Virus record (IMG/VR): IMGVR_UViG_3300012153_000089
Location: 1 to 64,000 of that record
Reading direction: 5' to 3' (one strand)
From: a virus
Lineage: Duplodnaviria; Heunggongvirae; Uroviricota; Caudoviricetes
Length of the DNA stretch: 64,000 nucleotides
Shown here: piece by piece, positions 1 through 9,054 of the stretch
Layout of the letters: the number at the start of each line of letters is the position of its first letter
Position numbering within the stretch: the stretch's first letter is position 1
Notes under the pieces: model-generated
What the model saw: the letters and a program-made list of their open reading frames with translations, nothing else
What the model was told of the DNA's origin: nothing
The model's database searches: none
Translations under genes and position numbers: made by a program

Positions 1-1635
1 TTATATATACTTTCTTATATCAAACTCAATCTTTTCTCCCGTGTTTTCTAAGCTATAAGAGCTATCTCCGTCAAATCTTACATCAACAATAGGCTGATTT
101 TTTTCTCCGGTTCTTACTATAAGTTTATCGATCATGTTTAATACTTCTTCTTTTTCATATAACTTCTTAATTTCTTGTTCATTGATTTTTACAATTTTCT
201 CTTCTATTTGTTCTACCTGCTCCATTATGTTTTCATTAGATTGCGAATAGTTTTTGATCTCTTTTTTAGTGTTAACTATTTCTTTCTCTATCTTTTCACT
301 TTCAATGTCTAGTGTTTCTTTTTCAAATACTCCATCTAAATACAACTCTAAAAGTTTTTTCTTCTTGATTTCCAGTGATGATAAAGTACTATTTAAATCT
401 TTACTTTTATCAATATCTTGTTTATCAATTGACTCTACTAATAGATCTCTCTGTTTCTTTAGTGAACTGACCCTTGTCTCTTTATCTTTAACAAACATCT
501 CATAGTAACCGCCGCACTGGAGTGCCTGAAGATAATAATCTATCTCACTATAATTGACATTGGGATTGTCACAAAAATCTCTCCCCTTTGTCTTCTTGGT
601 TTTACAATTATAATACCTTCTTCCCTTATCAATATTGCTTGTATATACAGATCCGCATTTCTCACAGTAAATTAGTCCAGCATACTCAGTTATGCCTTTA
701 TATATCCCCTTTTGAATGATATGATTCACTTTGCTTATTTTGATATTTTGGACAGTCAAAAATAACTCCTTAGAGACAATTGGGGGTATGCGATCTTCTG
801 TGACAATCCATTCCTCTTTGGGTTTAATTGTTGAATATGTTTTCTTGTTAAAAACCACACCAGAATCATATTTATTTCTTGCCAATGTTCCCATGTATTT
901 CTCATTGGAGATCATTCTTTTAATCATTGAAGGAGAAAACTCTTTGTCTTTACGTGTGTAGTATTTTTTATCGTTCAATACATTTATAATTCTTCTTACT
1001 CCTAATCCTTTAGAATATAAGTTGAATATTTCGAGAACTATTTTAGCTTCTTTTTCATTTACGGTTAGTGAATTTGATTTCGGATGATAATCATATCCAA
1101 ACAAATTGCTGGCTCCAAATATCCTACCCCGCTGAGCAGACTCTCTCAGACCGAATCTTACTTTCTTTGATTTATCTATGGAGTCTTGTTGGTCAAAATT
1201 GAGAAATAAATTTAACATAAACTCTTTATCCGAACTATCAAAAAGCAAATCTATGTCTAGAAATTTTACATATACTTTGTTTTTGAGTAGCTCTCTAAGA
1301 ATATCTATAACCATAACGTTCCTTGCAAATCTACTAGTATTCTTAACAAGTATGACATCAAACTTTGGTTGTACACTTTGATCTATTTCGAAAACACTTC
1401 TGCTTTTTGTAACCTTGGTTTCAATTAGTCCAGCATCAGCCAACATTCTGGTAAAATGTTCCCGCTTGGTGAGACTTGTCCCTGTAATTCCTCTGTCAGC
1501 ATAGATATCGACCAATTCCATTGTTTCGCTTCTTCCCACTTCTCGTTCGAAAAATTGCTTTTGATTCTCGAAACTATTCTCTTGGTCTTTTGATGATGTA
1601 CTTACACGGCAATACGCAACTACTCTTTGTTTCAA
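1..1635 (-). CDS. large serine recombinase (phage integrase type)
   Basis: 544 aa. N-terminal resolvase/invertase catalytic domain (VAYCRVSTSSKDQ with catalytic Ser), recombinase domain, Cys-rich zinc ribbon (CEKCG...CKTKKTKGRDFCDNP) and C-terminal coiled coil. Stop codon at window bases 1-3. Confidence 0.9.
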   Translation of the reverse strand: MKQRVVAYCRVSTSSKDQENSFENQKQFFEREVGRSETMELVDIYADRGITGTSLTKREHFTRMLADAGLIETKVTKSRSVFEIDQSVQPKFDVILVKNTSRFARNVMVIDILRELLKNKVYVKFLDIDLLFDSSDKEFMLNLFLNFDQQDSIDKSKKVRFGLRESAQRGRIFGASNLFGYDYHPKSNSLTVNEKEAKIVLEIFNLYSKGLGVRRIINVLNDKKYYTRKDKEFSPSMIKRMISNEKYMGTLARNKYDSGVVFNKKTYSTIKPKEEWIVTEDRIPPIVSKELFLTVQNIKISKVNHIIQKGIYKGITEYAGLIYCEKCGSVYTSNIDKGRRYYNCKTKKTKGRDFCDNPNVNYSEIDYYLQALQCGGYYEMFVKDKETRVSSLKKQRDLLVESIDKQDIDKSKDLNSTLSSLEIKKKKLLELYLDGVFEKETLDIESEKIEKEIVNTKKEIKNYSQSNENIMEQVEQIEEKIVKINEQEIKKLYEKEEVLNMIDKLIVRTGEKNQPIVDVRFDGDSSYSLENTGEKIEFDIRKYI

Positions 1636-1662
1636 TATTAAGTTCTCCTCTCATATAAAGAA

Positions 1663-1709
1663 TCGCATGACTCAAGTGATATAGTTTATTATACCACAAA
1701 GTCATGCGA
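1663..1709 (-). promoter_or_regulatory. recombinase promoter (extended -10 TGGTATAAT) bracketed by a perfect 10-bp inverted repeat TCGCATGACT / AGTCATGCGA (27-bp spacer)
   Basis: inverted-repeat arms at 1663-1672 and 1700-1709. The -10 (plus attatacca, 1690-1698) lies in the spacer. A variant of the conserved AT element (GAGTGTTATTTTTTTATT) follows. Confidence 0.5.
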
Positions 1710-1793
1710 GTGTTATTTTTTTATTTAACTGATTTAACTAAAAATTCGTATTTTACTCCATTCAAATGAGCGATAAATTTGACGTTTTTCCTT

Positions 1794-2345
1794 TTACTCT
1801 TTTCCATATGTATTTATTGCCTCCATTATAAAGTCTTTTAAGTGATAGTGCCATCTCGTTCTAGGTTTATATCCTTTAATCTCGATTCCTATCTCATCGC
1901 ATATTGCTATTGAAATACTACTTTTATTTACTTTGCTTCTATATGTATGTTCCTTGATTTGATTCTGAGCTATGTTTTGATACTTCAAAAACTCTTCTAT
2001 ATGTATAAAGTACACTTTATTATCTGGCTCACGGAAATTCATTATGAAACCTGATATAACACCATCATATGTATTTGCTTCATTTAGTTTATCGATCTGA
2101 TGTTGCTTAATTACACTTTCTTGGAAGCTGATCGACTTATCCTTTGTTGATTTAAGTTCTAGTGTAAAAAGGTGGCTGTCCGCAAACATCATACAGTCAT
2201 AGTCATTCTTAGTTACCCTCACTCTGTTACGAAGATCTGGTGGAATAAAAGTGTCTTTCAAACGTGTAAAGAAGATCTTTTCTGCTCCTTGTGCTGCCGA
2301 CTTCTGAAAATCTTCTTCAAAAACCTTACCTAGATTTGTAGCCAA
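1794..2345 (-). CDS. recU: RecU-like Holliday-junction resolvase (PD-(D/E)xK nuclease)
   Basis: 183 aa. Segment NDYDCMMFADSHLFTLELKSTKDK...DGVISGFIMNF parallels B. subtilis RecU DYNGIYKGRYIDFEAKET...DGICFVIISAF. TTG start. Confidence 0.55.
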   Translation of the reverse strand: MATNLGKVFEEDFQKSAAQGAEKIFFTRLKDTFIPPDLRNRVRVTKNDYDCMMFADSHLFTLELKSTKDKSISFQESVIKQHQIDKLNEANTYDGVISGFIMNFREPDNKVYFIHIEEFLKYQNIAQNQIKEHTYRSKVNKSSISIAICDEIGIEIKGYKPRTRWHYHLKDFIMEAINTYGKE

Positions 2346-2360
2346 TCAATCATTCCTCTC

Positions 2361-2489
2361 TTATTTACCTTCTTGTTTATCAACTAGTAGCTGATTTAGT
2401 ACTGTATCAATTACTTCTTTATATTCTTCATTGGTCAATCTACGTCCAATAATCTGTTCAATCTTTGACTTACTAAACTTGTTCTCCAT
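2361..2489 (-). CDS. small hypothetical protein (42 aa, below ORF-track cutoff)
   Basis: ATG start preceded by GGAGGA at 7 nt spacing. Lies between polymerase and RecU-like genes. Coordinates approximate. Confidence 0.4.
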   Translation of the reverse strand: MENKFSKSKIEQIIGRRLTNEEYKEVIDTVLNQLLVDKQEGK

Positions 2490-2500
2490 TTACAATCCTC

Positions 2501-5500
2501 CTATACTTTAACTCTCTCTTGGGAGACTTTAATGTTCCCCTTATTATCAATCTTATCGATAAGCATTGTAGTATGCCTCACATTTGAATCCTTATATCTA
2601 TATGGTCTAAACTGTGATCCTCTTCGATATCCATGTAAAACAAGTTTATTCCCACGAGTAAACCAACTTTTCTCAAGAATCTCTTTTGAACCGTCAGACT
2701 TGGGTCTTGATACTTGCTTATTGTAGTTCGCAAATGCCCCATCATAATACTTAACTGTGACTACTCCATCCACCGTTAATAATGTAACTGTATTTTTATT
2801 CTTGTCTTTATCTAATACAGTTCCTGCTATTGTACTAAGCTTAAACTTAGGTCTGCTTCCGTAGCGCGATTCTATTGTTCCAACTACAACTGGGTCTTCA
2901 GGTAATTCTCCGTAATTAGTGATGCCATATCTCTCATTATCAATATCTTTAAGTTCATGTTCAGTATAGTAAAATGATAGTGAGTCCATTTCCCATTTAC
3001 TAATTGATCCATCTGCATATGTATTCCATTCATTCTGATACATCTTTTTATTGAACATTTCTAAGGCTCCTTCAGTAGCCAACCATTCCTTGATCCCTTC
3101 CATTTTCTTATCGTATTCCTTTTTGAAGGTTGACTCTTTAATGACTGGGAAGTTATTACTATACTCAACAATTCCCTCACCAGAAAAGTGTTCATAGTAG
3201 TATGGTGTAGAGACTTTATCAAGGACATAGAATTTTTCTTTGTCTCTCTTGATGAATACTCTTTTCATTACATATTTTCTAAAGTTGAAAGTCTTACTGT
3301 ATTTCTCCATGCCCTCCGGTATTAATTTGTTTTCAATAACAGCGTTGAGGTTTTGAAGATTGAGTTTGGTTTTCGGTGTGTACAGTAATGCAATAAAATC
3401 TTTCATAATCTCTATTCTGGAGCCATATTCCTCAAAGCACCCCGCCTTGATCAATTGAATAACTTGAGATTTCTTTATTGCAGAAGTCTTATACATTCGC
3501 TCAATGAAATCGTTAAAGTTTAAATATGGTCTATTCTTAATGATACTTTGTACCACTTCATCTCCAATACCATTGATACCTTTTAAACCGAATATAATCT
3601 GATCATTGTCTATATCAGGTTCAAATCCGAATCCTGCTTTATTGATGCTAGGCAAACCAATTCTCACACCTCTTGCTTGCATGTTACCGATAGCCGCTGC
3701 AATTTTACCGTAATTTGTTGATTGCGATTTATGGTCTTCTTCTTCACCATCATCATCAATTGAAGCTGAGTTTACTGTTAAGCAAGCCGTTCTCCAATAT
3801 ATTGGATCATAATTAATATTAAGATTGGCTTCTTGTAACGCTATAACTGAGTATGCTAAGGTGTGTAGCACTGAAAATGAATATGATAATTGTCTTGTTA
3901 TTTGTACATTCCAAACATAATCTAAAATTTCTTTTCTGATCCCTAAAGCCTCTCCATCACAAAAGAATTGCTCTTTGATTTCTTGTAGAGACTTCTTCAT
4001 TTGCTTTGGTTTAGCGATACTTTTTCTCAGTTTGTTGGCACTTTTAATATCAAAATTAGCAATACTACTATCCATTGATATCAACATTACGGATTCCTGA
4101 GTATCTGCTACACCATTTAACTTCAATAGATGTTTTTCCATAATTTTAATTTCATCATTATTCAAACCGTAATCGTGCATTTCTTTGTACCATAGATCAA
4201 TGTTATTTTTGTGTTTAACAAAAGTGTCAATCGGAGATTCCCCATGGTCACTTAGTAGTCGCATCAATGAATTAGCCGCTGCCAACTCAATAAGATTGGT
4301 CGGTTTAACTTTTTTTACTGTTTCGATTCCAATTTCAGTTGAAAATTGAAAAAGATCAGTTATACTATCTGAACCAATAAGATCGTAAACTCTCTGATTC
4401 TCAATATCTATAACGTTAGGATGTAAATACTTATTGTATGTATTTCTTATGCTACCTTGCCATTCCATAAGATTATTCTTGATTAATTTATCCATGGTTA
4501 CTCTAATCTTATCCAGAGCTTCAATTGTCAACAGATCAAACTTCATATTAGAAACAGCTTCACAATCTTCCAGTGATAACTGAGTGACGTGTGTCCCATT
4601 AGGTGCTGTCATCATAGCATTCGTTTTGTGGTATTCTTCATTAAACACAATAACTCCACTAGCATGAATGCTGCGTTTGTTGATTAATCCTTCTATTTTC
4701 ATTGAAACCTGAAGCCAATTTTCATGTTTATTGATTTCATCAACAAATTCTTTTACAGGTTTTCGTTCTTCTTCTTCATTCCCATAAAGACAGTCACTTA
4801 ATGTCCAGTTACTCCCACGCTCAAAAGGAATCAATCCAGATACATACATTGCTGTATCACTATCAACGCCCAAGCCCCTAGCTGCTGTTTGAACTGCTGA
4901 TTTGGATGCCTCTGTACCAAAAGTACATACTTGCAACACCCGATTTTCGCCAAAGTATTTCTTCAATTGTCTGAAAATTTGATTACGTTTAGCTGCTTCT
5001 GTATCTATATCCACATCCGGGAATTCGGGGCGTTCTGATGTTAAATGTCTCCAATGGGGCATTTCAATACCGTACTCCAGTGGGTTTATTTGTGTAATAC
5101 CCAACAAAAAACAAATCAAATAGCCAGCAGCAGAGCCACGAGAAGGCCCAACTAAACTGTTACCGCAATCGTCATCCCACATTACATTGACAATTTCTCG
5201 TACTGTAATGTAATAACTCGCAATAGATTGATTTAGATTCTCAGAGATTTTCCACAGTTCACCCAATTCTGTGTCAATCCGATTTGCTACTTCATGTAAC
5301 TTCTCTTTGCTATATGTATTGTAAGGGAGGAGTTCGTAAAATCCGTCTTCAATTAACTTAACAATATATCTGTCTTGGTCATTTGATGCGTGAGCCATCT
5401 TATTGATATATTCATACTTATTGTAAATCGATCTGAATAAACCTCTGAGTTGAAAATCGGGCAATTCAATTTTTGGAATGACTGTTGGTTTAAGAATCGT

Positions 5501-6445
5501 GTATTCTTGAATTTTTTCTCCTATTCTAACTGTATTGTCGAGAGCTCTTTTGACCACATCATGACTAAGATAGCTTAAACGTTCGTTGATCTCTTCATGA
5601 TTCTGTACAAATGTAGCTTCATAGAAGGCATCAACCTCTCTTTCACCTTCTTTTGCATTAAGGAATGCTTTATGAACGATTCTGTCTTCAGGTCTAAGAT
5701 AATGACTATCTGTTGTAACTATGTATTCAAGCCCAAACTTCTCAGCTAATTTAAGTAATTCCTTATTACAATAAATTTGTTCTTCACTATAAGCGGGTTG
5801 CAGTTCAAGATAAAAATCCTCTTTTCCAAATACATCTAAGCACCAATCTGTAAAGTCACACACTTTTTTATAAGCAACTTTTGCTTTATCTGTTTCCCCA
5901 GCGTCTAGATGGTGCTTCATTTCCAGTAATCCAATACAGTGAGGTGAACCAAGACATGCACTTGAAGCAATTAAATGACCGGGATCTTCATTAATAACTG
6001 ATTTAAGGAAGTCTTTAACTGTAGGAGTCCTTAGCATTGGCCCCGTAAAATATGATTGTCCCCAAGCTACCGAACTCATATATCGAAGCTGCTCATGCCC
6101 AATTTCATCCTTGGCTAAGAGAATGAAATGTGGGAATTTAGTTCGCCCACCAGATTTATAGTTGTCCCTAACTTCTTCAAGGCTATCTACTAGATAGATT
6201 TCATTACCGAGAATGAGCTTAAAGTCTTTATCAATCTTTCCTTTTTCCTTTAGTTTCTCTGTTGCTTGGATTGCTTTTACATGTGACGATACAGATTCAT
6301 GCTCTGTAAATGCCACACCCTTATGCCCCATATCGTGTACTGTTTGGATTAATTCTTCAACTCTGTTGGTGGTGTCCCTGAGCTTAAGATTAGAGCCCCT
6401 ATCGCTATGATTGTGAAGTAGTATCGAATTGCATTGATTACACAA
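2501..6445 (-). CDS. dnaE: DNA polymerase III alpha subunit (DnaE-type replicative polymerase)
   Basis: 1314 aa. N-terminal PHP domain (ILLHNHSDRGSNL...AFTEHESV) followed by polymerase core. TTG start with GGGAGGTG SD. Confidence 0.9.
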   Translation of the reverse strand: MCNQCNSILLHNHSDRGSNLKLRDTTNRVEELIQTVHDMGHKGVAFTEHESVSSHVKAIQATEKLKEKGKIDKDFKLILGNEIYLVDSLEEVRDNYKSGGRTKFPHFILLAKDEIGHEQLRYMSSVAWGQSYFTGPMLRTPTVKDFLKSVINEDPGHLIASSACLGSPHCIGLLEMKHHLDAGETDKAKVAYKKVCDFTDWCLDVFGKEDFYLELQPAYSEEQIYCNKELLKLAEKFGLEYIVTTDSHYLRPEDRIVHKAFLNAKEGEREVDAFYEATFVQNHEEINERLSYLSHDVVKRALDNTVRIGEKIQEYTILKPTVIPKIELPDFQLRGLFRSIYNKYEYINKMAHASNDQDRYIVKLIEDGFYELLPYNTYSKEKLHEVANRIDTELGELWKISENLNQSIASYYITVREIVNVMWDDDCGNSLVGPSRGSAAGYLICFLLGITQINPLEYGIEMPHWRHLTSERPEFPDVDIDTEAAKRNQIFRQLKKYFGENRVLQVCTFGTEASKSAVQTAARGLGVDSDTAMYVSGLIPFERGSNWTLSDCLYGNEEEERKPVKEFVDEINKHENWLQVSMKIEGLINKRSIHASGVIVFNEEYHKTNAMMTAPNGTHVTQLSLEDCEAVSNMKFDLLTIEALDKIRVTMDKLIKNNLMEWQGSIRNTYNKYLHPNVIDIENQRVYDLIGSDSITDLFQFSTEIGIETVKKVKPTNLIELAAANSLMRLLSDHGESPIDTFVKHKNNIDLWYKEMHDYGLNNDEIKIMEKHLLKLNGVADTQESVMLISMDSSIANFDIKSANKLRKSIAKPKQMKKSLQEIKEQFFCDGEALGIRKEILDYVWNVQITRQLSYSFSVLHTLAYSVIALQEANLNINYDPIYWRTACLTVNSASIDDDGEEEDHKSQSTNYGKIAAAIGNMQARGVRIGLPSINKAGFGFEPDIDNDQIIFGLKGINGIGDEVVQSIIKNRPYLNFNDFIERMYKTSAIKKSQVIQLIKAGCFEEYGSRIEIMKDFIALLYTPKTKLNLQNLNAVIENKLIPEGMEKYSKTFNFRKYVMKRVFIKRDKEKFYVLDKVSTPYYYEHFSGEGIVEYSNNFPVIKESTFKKEYDKKMEGIKEWLATEGALEMFNKKMYQNEWNTYADGSISKWEMDSLSFYYTEHELKDIDNERYGITNYGELPEDPVVVGTIESRYGSRPKFKLSTIAGTVLDKDKNKNTVTLLTVDGVVTVKYYDGAFANYNKQVSRPKSDGSKEILEKSWFTRGNKLVLHGYRRGSQFRPYRYKDSNVRHTTMLIDKIDNKGNIKVSQERVKV

Positions 6446-6600
6446 TTGTTTGAAGCACCTCCCATTTCATTTCTTGATCAAATATTAATTTCACATTTTA
6501 TTTTATTATAAACAGCTACACTCTTATCACCTTCTTTAGGTAGTATACTGGTGATTCAACAACATACTACTGGTTCGATACTCGTCACAATCTATGTATA

Positions 6601-6616
6601 GTAGGCCGAAGCCTAC
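6601..6616 (-). other. stable hairpin (GTAGGC-UUCG-GCCUAC on the transcript) immediately 3' of the parR-like stop
   Basis: Perfect 6-bp stem with UUCG tetraloop. No U-tract follows, so it is an RNA-stability or processing hairpin rather than a clear intrinsic terminator. Confidence 0.35.
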
Positions 6617-6617
6617 A

Positions 6618-6899
6618 TTAAAATGATTCGAACAATTCTTCCAACTTTTCCTCATATAGCTCTGTATCCTCTGATTGTTCTTGTTCCGGTTCACTCTGAA
6701 TAATGAATTCAACAGTTCCTTCATTAGTTGGACGGTTCAAATAAGTGTTGTGTGAGTAAGGCGTACTACCAAAGAACAGTAACCTAAGCGCTCTCCTTAC
6801 GACATCGCTCTTATCTTCATGTGGAGGTAGGTTTTTCCAAGCTTCGCGTAGATCTTCATCTTTAATCGGTCTTAATCTTGCTCTTGCCGCTATTTCCAT
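6618..6899 (-). CDS. ParR-like adaptor / small DNA-binding partner of the actin-like ATPase
   Basis: 93 aa, basic N-terminus (MEIAARARLRPIK) and acidic C-terminus. Start overlaps the ParM-like stop by 10 nt, indicating translational coupling. The call rests on position. Confidence 0.4.
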   Translation of the reverse strand: MEIAARARLRPIKDEDLREAWKNLPPHEDKSDVVRRALRLLFFGSTPYSHNTYLNRPTNEGTVEFIIQSEPEQEQSEDTELYEEKLEELFESF

Positions 6900-7834
6900 G
6901 ATTTTTTACCTATCTTCCCGTATCCTCTCACTTGAGCCAACTGATCCATCAAGACTTTGTTAGGTAAATCTAAGTAATCAAAGATATAACGAGCAGCTCC
7001 ACCAGCAATTAAATATATGTCAAATTCCGTATTCAGACTTTCAATTTCATTCTTAATCTGTAAAGCTAAAGATTTAAATGCTCTTCTAATCAAAGGAACA
7101 ATGTTGTGCCCTTGGTATTTACCTGAGATCACGTATGGGTCTAATTCGTAAATTGCAGGAGTATGTCCAGTTAATTTTTGTATGTAAGTTTGCAGTAGTG
7201 TGTAGGCTTTCTCAACCCCAACCAATACACTTTTTGACTCTTTCATTATTGTTGACTTATCAAAACCCAATAAGTTTAGAGTGTAAAACCCCAAGTCTGC
7301 CGTAAGTATTTTTTTCTTTGCTTCTTTTAATCTGATGATCTTTCCATCGTCGTCTAGCAAATAATCCATTGTAATACCCAAACCCTGTGGAACCGTCTTG
7401 CACCTTTCAACGATGGGTTGTACTGGGTAACTCTTCCCTTTACCCTTGCGAATTTTATATTCTCCTTGATCGGCTAAGCCAAGTAGTTTTTCCTCGAATG
7501 GAGCTTTTTGTGTGAAGTAAAAGTTAATGGGTAGCCCACTGACCAAATTCACTTTATCTTTTTTTGCTAAGTATCCCAAAGTGGTCTTCATAACAACATC
7601 GCTAGTTTCGGCTTCAGCCTTTTTGTTGTTTAGTGAGAAGTACTTTATGTCACTGAATTCTAGTGCAACATTCCCCACAAATAGTTCATCATTATAGACG
7701 AAATGATCTGATTTAATATTTTGATCAAACATGTCTTTTGCTTCTCCTACTATTGTGGGCTGACGATAAAATTTTCCGTCTCTTTCTGCTTTGGTCCATT
7801 TAAAACCCAGATCTAAGTTCAGTATATTGCTCAA
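6890..7834 (-). CDS. actin-like segregation ATPase (ParM/Alp/StbA family)
   Basis: 314 aa. Actin-fold motifs LDLGFKWTKA (phosphate 1), ILTADLGFYTLNL (phosphate 2) and IYLIAGGAARYI (adenosine). TTG start with GAGGAGG SD. Confidence 0.75.
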   Translation of the reverse strand: MSNILNLDLGFKWTKAERDGKFYRQPTIVGEAKDMFDQNIKSDHFVYNDELFVGNVALEFSDIKYFSLNNKKAEAETSDVVMKTTLGYLAKKDKVNLVSGLPINFYFTQKAPFEEKLLGLADQGEYKIRKGKGKSYPVQPIVERCKTVPQGLGITMDYLLDDDGKIIRLKEAKKKILTADLGFYTLNLLGFDKSTIMKESKSVLVGVEKAYTLLQTYIQKLTGHTPAIYELDPYVISGKYQGHNIVPLIRRAFKSLALQIKNEIESLNTEFDIYLIAGGAARYIFDYLDLPNKVLMDQLAQVRGYGKIGKKSWK

Positions 7835-7858
7835 AGTGATACAACCTCCTCTAAAGTC

Positions 7859-7907
7859 ATGTACACATTGGTTCCTATCTTAGATAGTTTGGTATATCTG
7901 TGTACAT
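7859..7907 (-). promoter_or_regulatory. nested palindromic site in the parM leader (candidate ParR operator / parC-like site)
   Basis: ATGTACACA (7859-7867) pairs with TGTGTACAT (7899-7907) as perfect 9-bp inverted repeats. They enclose a second palindrome CTATCTtAGATAG (7875-7887). Located 25-73 nt upstream of the parM start, downstream of promoter copy 1. Confidence 0.45.
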
Positions 7908-7927
7908 TTGTAGCCTCTATAAGAATG

Positions 7928-7974
7928 ATTGTATCATCTAATTTTTAATTTGTATAGTGTTATTTTATTATTAT
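7928..7974 (-). promoter_or_regulatory. sigma-A-like promoter (TATACA-17-TGaTACAAT) with conserved upstream element, copy 1
   Basis: Plus-strand AGTGTTATTTTATTATTA at 7957-7974. On the gene strand this element abuts the -35. The extended -10 TGnTACAAT lies at 7928-7936. Confidence 0.5.
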
Positions 7975-8096
7975 ATAAATGAATAATGCTATATTTAACA
8001 CCGACAATAACAATGCCAAATACATAACGAAATATATCTCTATGACACTTTTCAAATACTTCTTCTTGTGAATCTTATTAATTATCCGCTTAAGCA
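7961..8096 (-). CDS. 45-aa peptide, basic N-terminus and hydrophobic C-terminus (possible small membrane or toxin-like peptide)
   Basis: MLKRIINKIHKKKYLKSVIEIYFVMYLALLLSVLNIALFIYIIIK. GGAAGGAG SD 10 nt upstream. The stop overlaps the conserved promoter element. Coordinates approximate. Confidence 0.3.
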
Positions 8097-8133
8097 TGTC
8101 TCACTAGCTCCTTCCTGTAAAATTGATGTTTCA

Positions 8134-8625
8134 TCAGGAATTGCTCTTCATAAAAGCCTTATGTTTCAAGGATAATTCAATTAACCATTCTTCATTGTTG
8201 CATTTTTCTGTTCGTGTATCCAAGGCAAGGTCAATCATTGAACGTATTTGATCTCCATCAAGAACAACATCATCAACTTCCACATCGCAATAGAAATTCA
8301 CATTTTCATGAAACTTACCGGGATTATCGATACTATTCAATTTGTTTTCTATGTATAGTTCTAAGTTTATTTTTGCTTCAGGATATTCTTTCTTAATCAT
8401 ACCAACTGCTTCATGATATGTGAGCCTCCTTAAGTGATCTCCATCAAATTGAAAGTAAAGAATGAAACTATTAAAGTGAAGCCGTCTTAGTATGTAGTCG
8501 TATGTTACAGTTTTCTGATCGAAGATGTATTCTATTTTTAATGGTTTATCTTTAAATGTTGGATAGAATACTCTTAAATGTTTATCAAAAAGCTTAAACA
8601 AATCTTTATCGTTTAGTTTGATCAT
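8134..8625 (-). CDS. hypothetical protein (163 aa)
   Basis: co-directional ORF in the packed early-gene array, no domain recognised. Confidence 0.5.
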   Translation of the reverse strand: MIKLNDKDLFKLFDKHLRVFYPTFKDKPLKIEYIFDQKTVTYDYILRRLHFNSFILYFQFDGDHLRRLTYHEAVGMIKKEYPEAKINLELYIENKLNSIDNPGKFHENVNFYCDVEVDDVVLDGDQIRSMIDLALDTRTEKCNNEEWLIELSLKHKAFMKSNS

Positions 8626-8805
8626 ATGTATTTACCTTCCTATTAATATGGATCGTTCTCGGTCTGGTAATATTCTATGCCGTAGTTTAGCTGCCATTCG
8701 GTCAATTTTACTATGTATTTGTCATACTTCTCTTTGGGAATTATGCCATGTTTGTACTTAAAATTGATTCTGTTTATTGATTAAAAAAGCTCATCTCATG
8801 CTCAC

Positions 8806-9051
8806 CTACTTTAACCAGTAATTCTTACGTATGTTCTCAATTACTTTTTCAGAAACTTCTTGAATCCACAATTCATATTTTTCAGTAAATGTTTTTAAAT
8901 CATCAACCGTATTCCACTTCTGTCCTAATAACTCATACTGGAAGAATACTCCTAGCATAAAATGAGTATCACAATGTTCATCATATTTAACTTCGTTATC
9001 GCAATACTTACATTTCACTTTTATGTATACTCCCCTCTCTTTGAAATGCAT
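8806..9051 (-). CDS. hypothetical zinc-ribbon protein (81 aa)
   Basis: CKYCDN...HCDTH Cys/His cluster. Confidence 0.5.
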   Translation of the reverse strand: MHFKERGVYIKVKCKYCDNEVKYDEHCDTHFMLGVFFQYELLGQKWNTVDDLKTFTEKYELWIQEVSEKVIENIRKNYWLK

Positions 9052-9054
9052 CTT

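Noticed and set aside
254-1381. Plus-strand ORFs (254..505, 731..961, 1178..1381) inside the serine recombinase gene
   Set aside because: They are antisense to a well-supported 544-aa gene, with low-complexity Ser/Leu/Phe-rich translations typical of AT-rich antisense frames.
2532-6410. Plus-strand ORFs 2532..2726 and 6213..6410 inside the DNA polymerase gene
   Set aside because: They are antisense artefacts within a 1314-aa gene, with no SD and low-complexity products.
6446-6480. 10-codon ATG mini-ORF overlapping the TTG start of the polymerase, and a similar 9-codon mini-ORF before the CPBP TTG start at 18152, considered as leader-peptide translational coupling
   Set aside because: In the polymerase case the GGGAGGTG SD lies inside the mini-ORF and serves the TTG. 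The mini-ORF itself has no SD. In the CPBP case the arrangement may be real but is too speculative to call.
6601-6616. UUCG hairpin after parR as an intrinsic terminator
   Set aside because: There is no downstream U-tract on the gene strand. It is kept only as a possible stability or processing hairpin.
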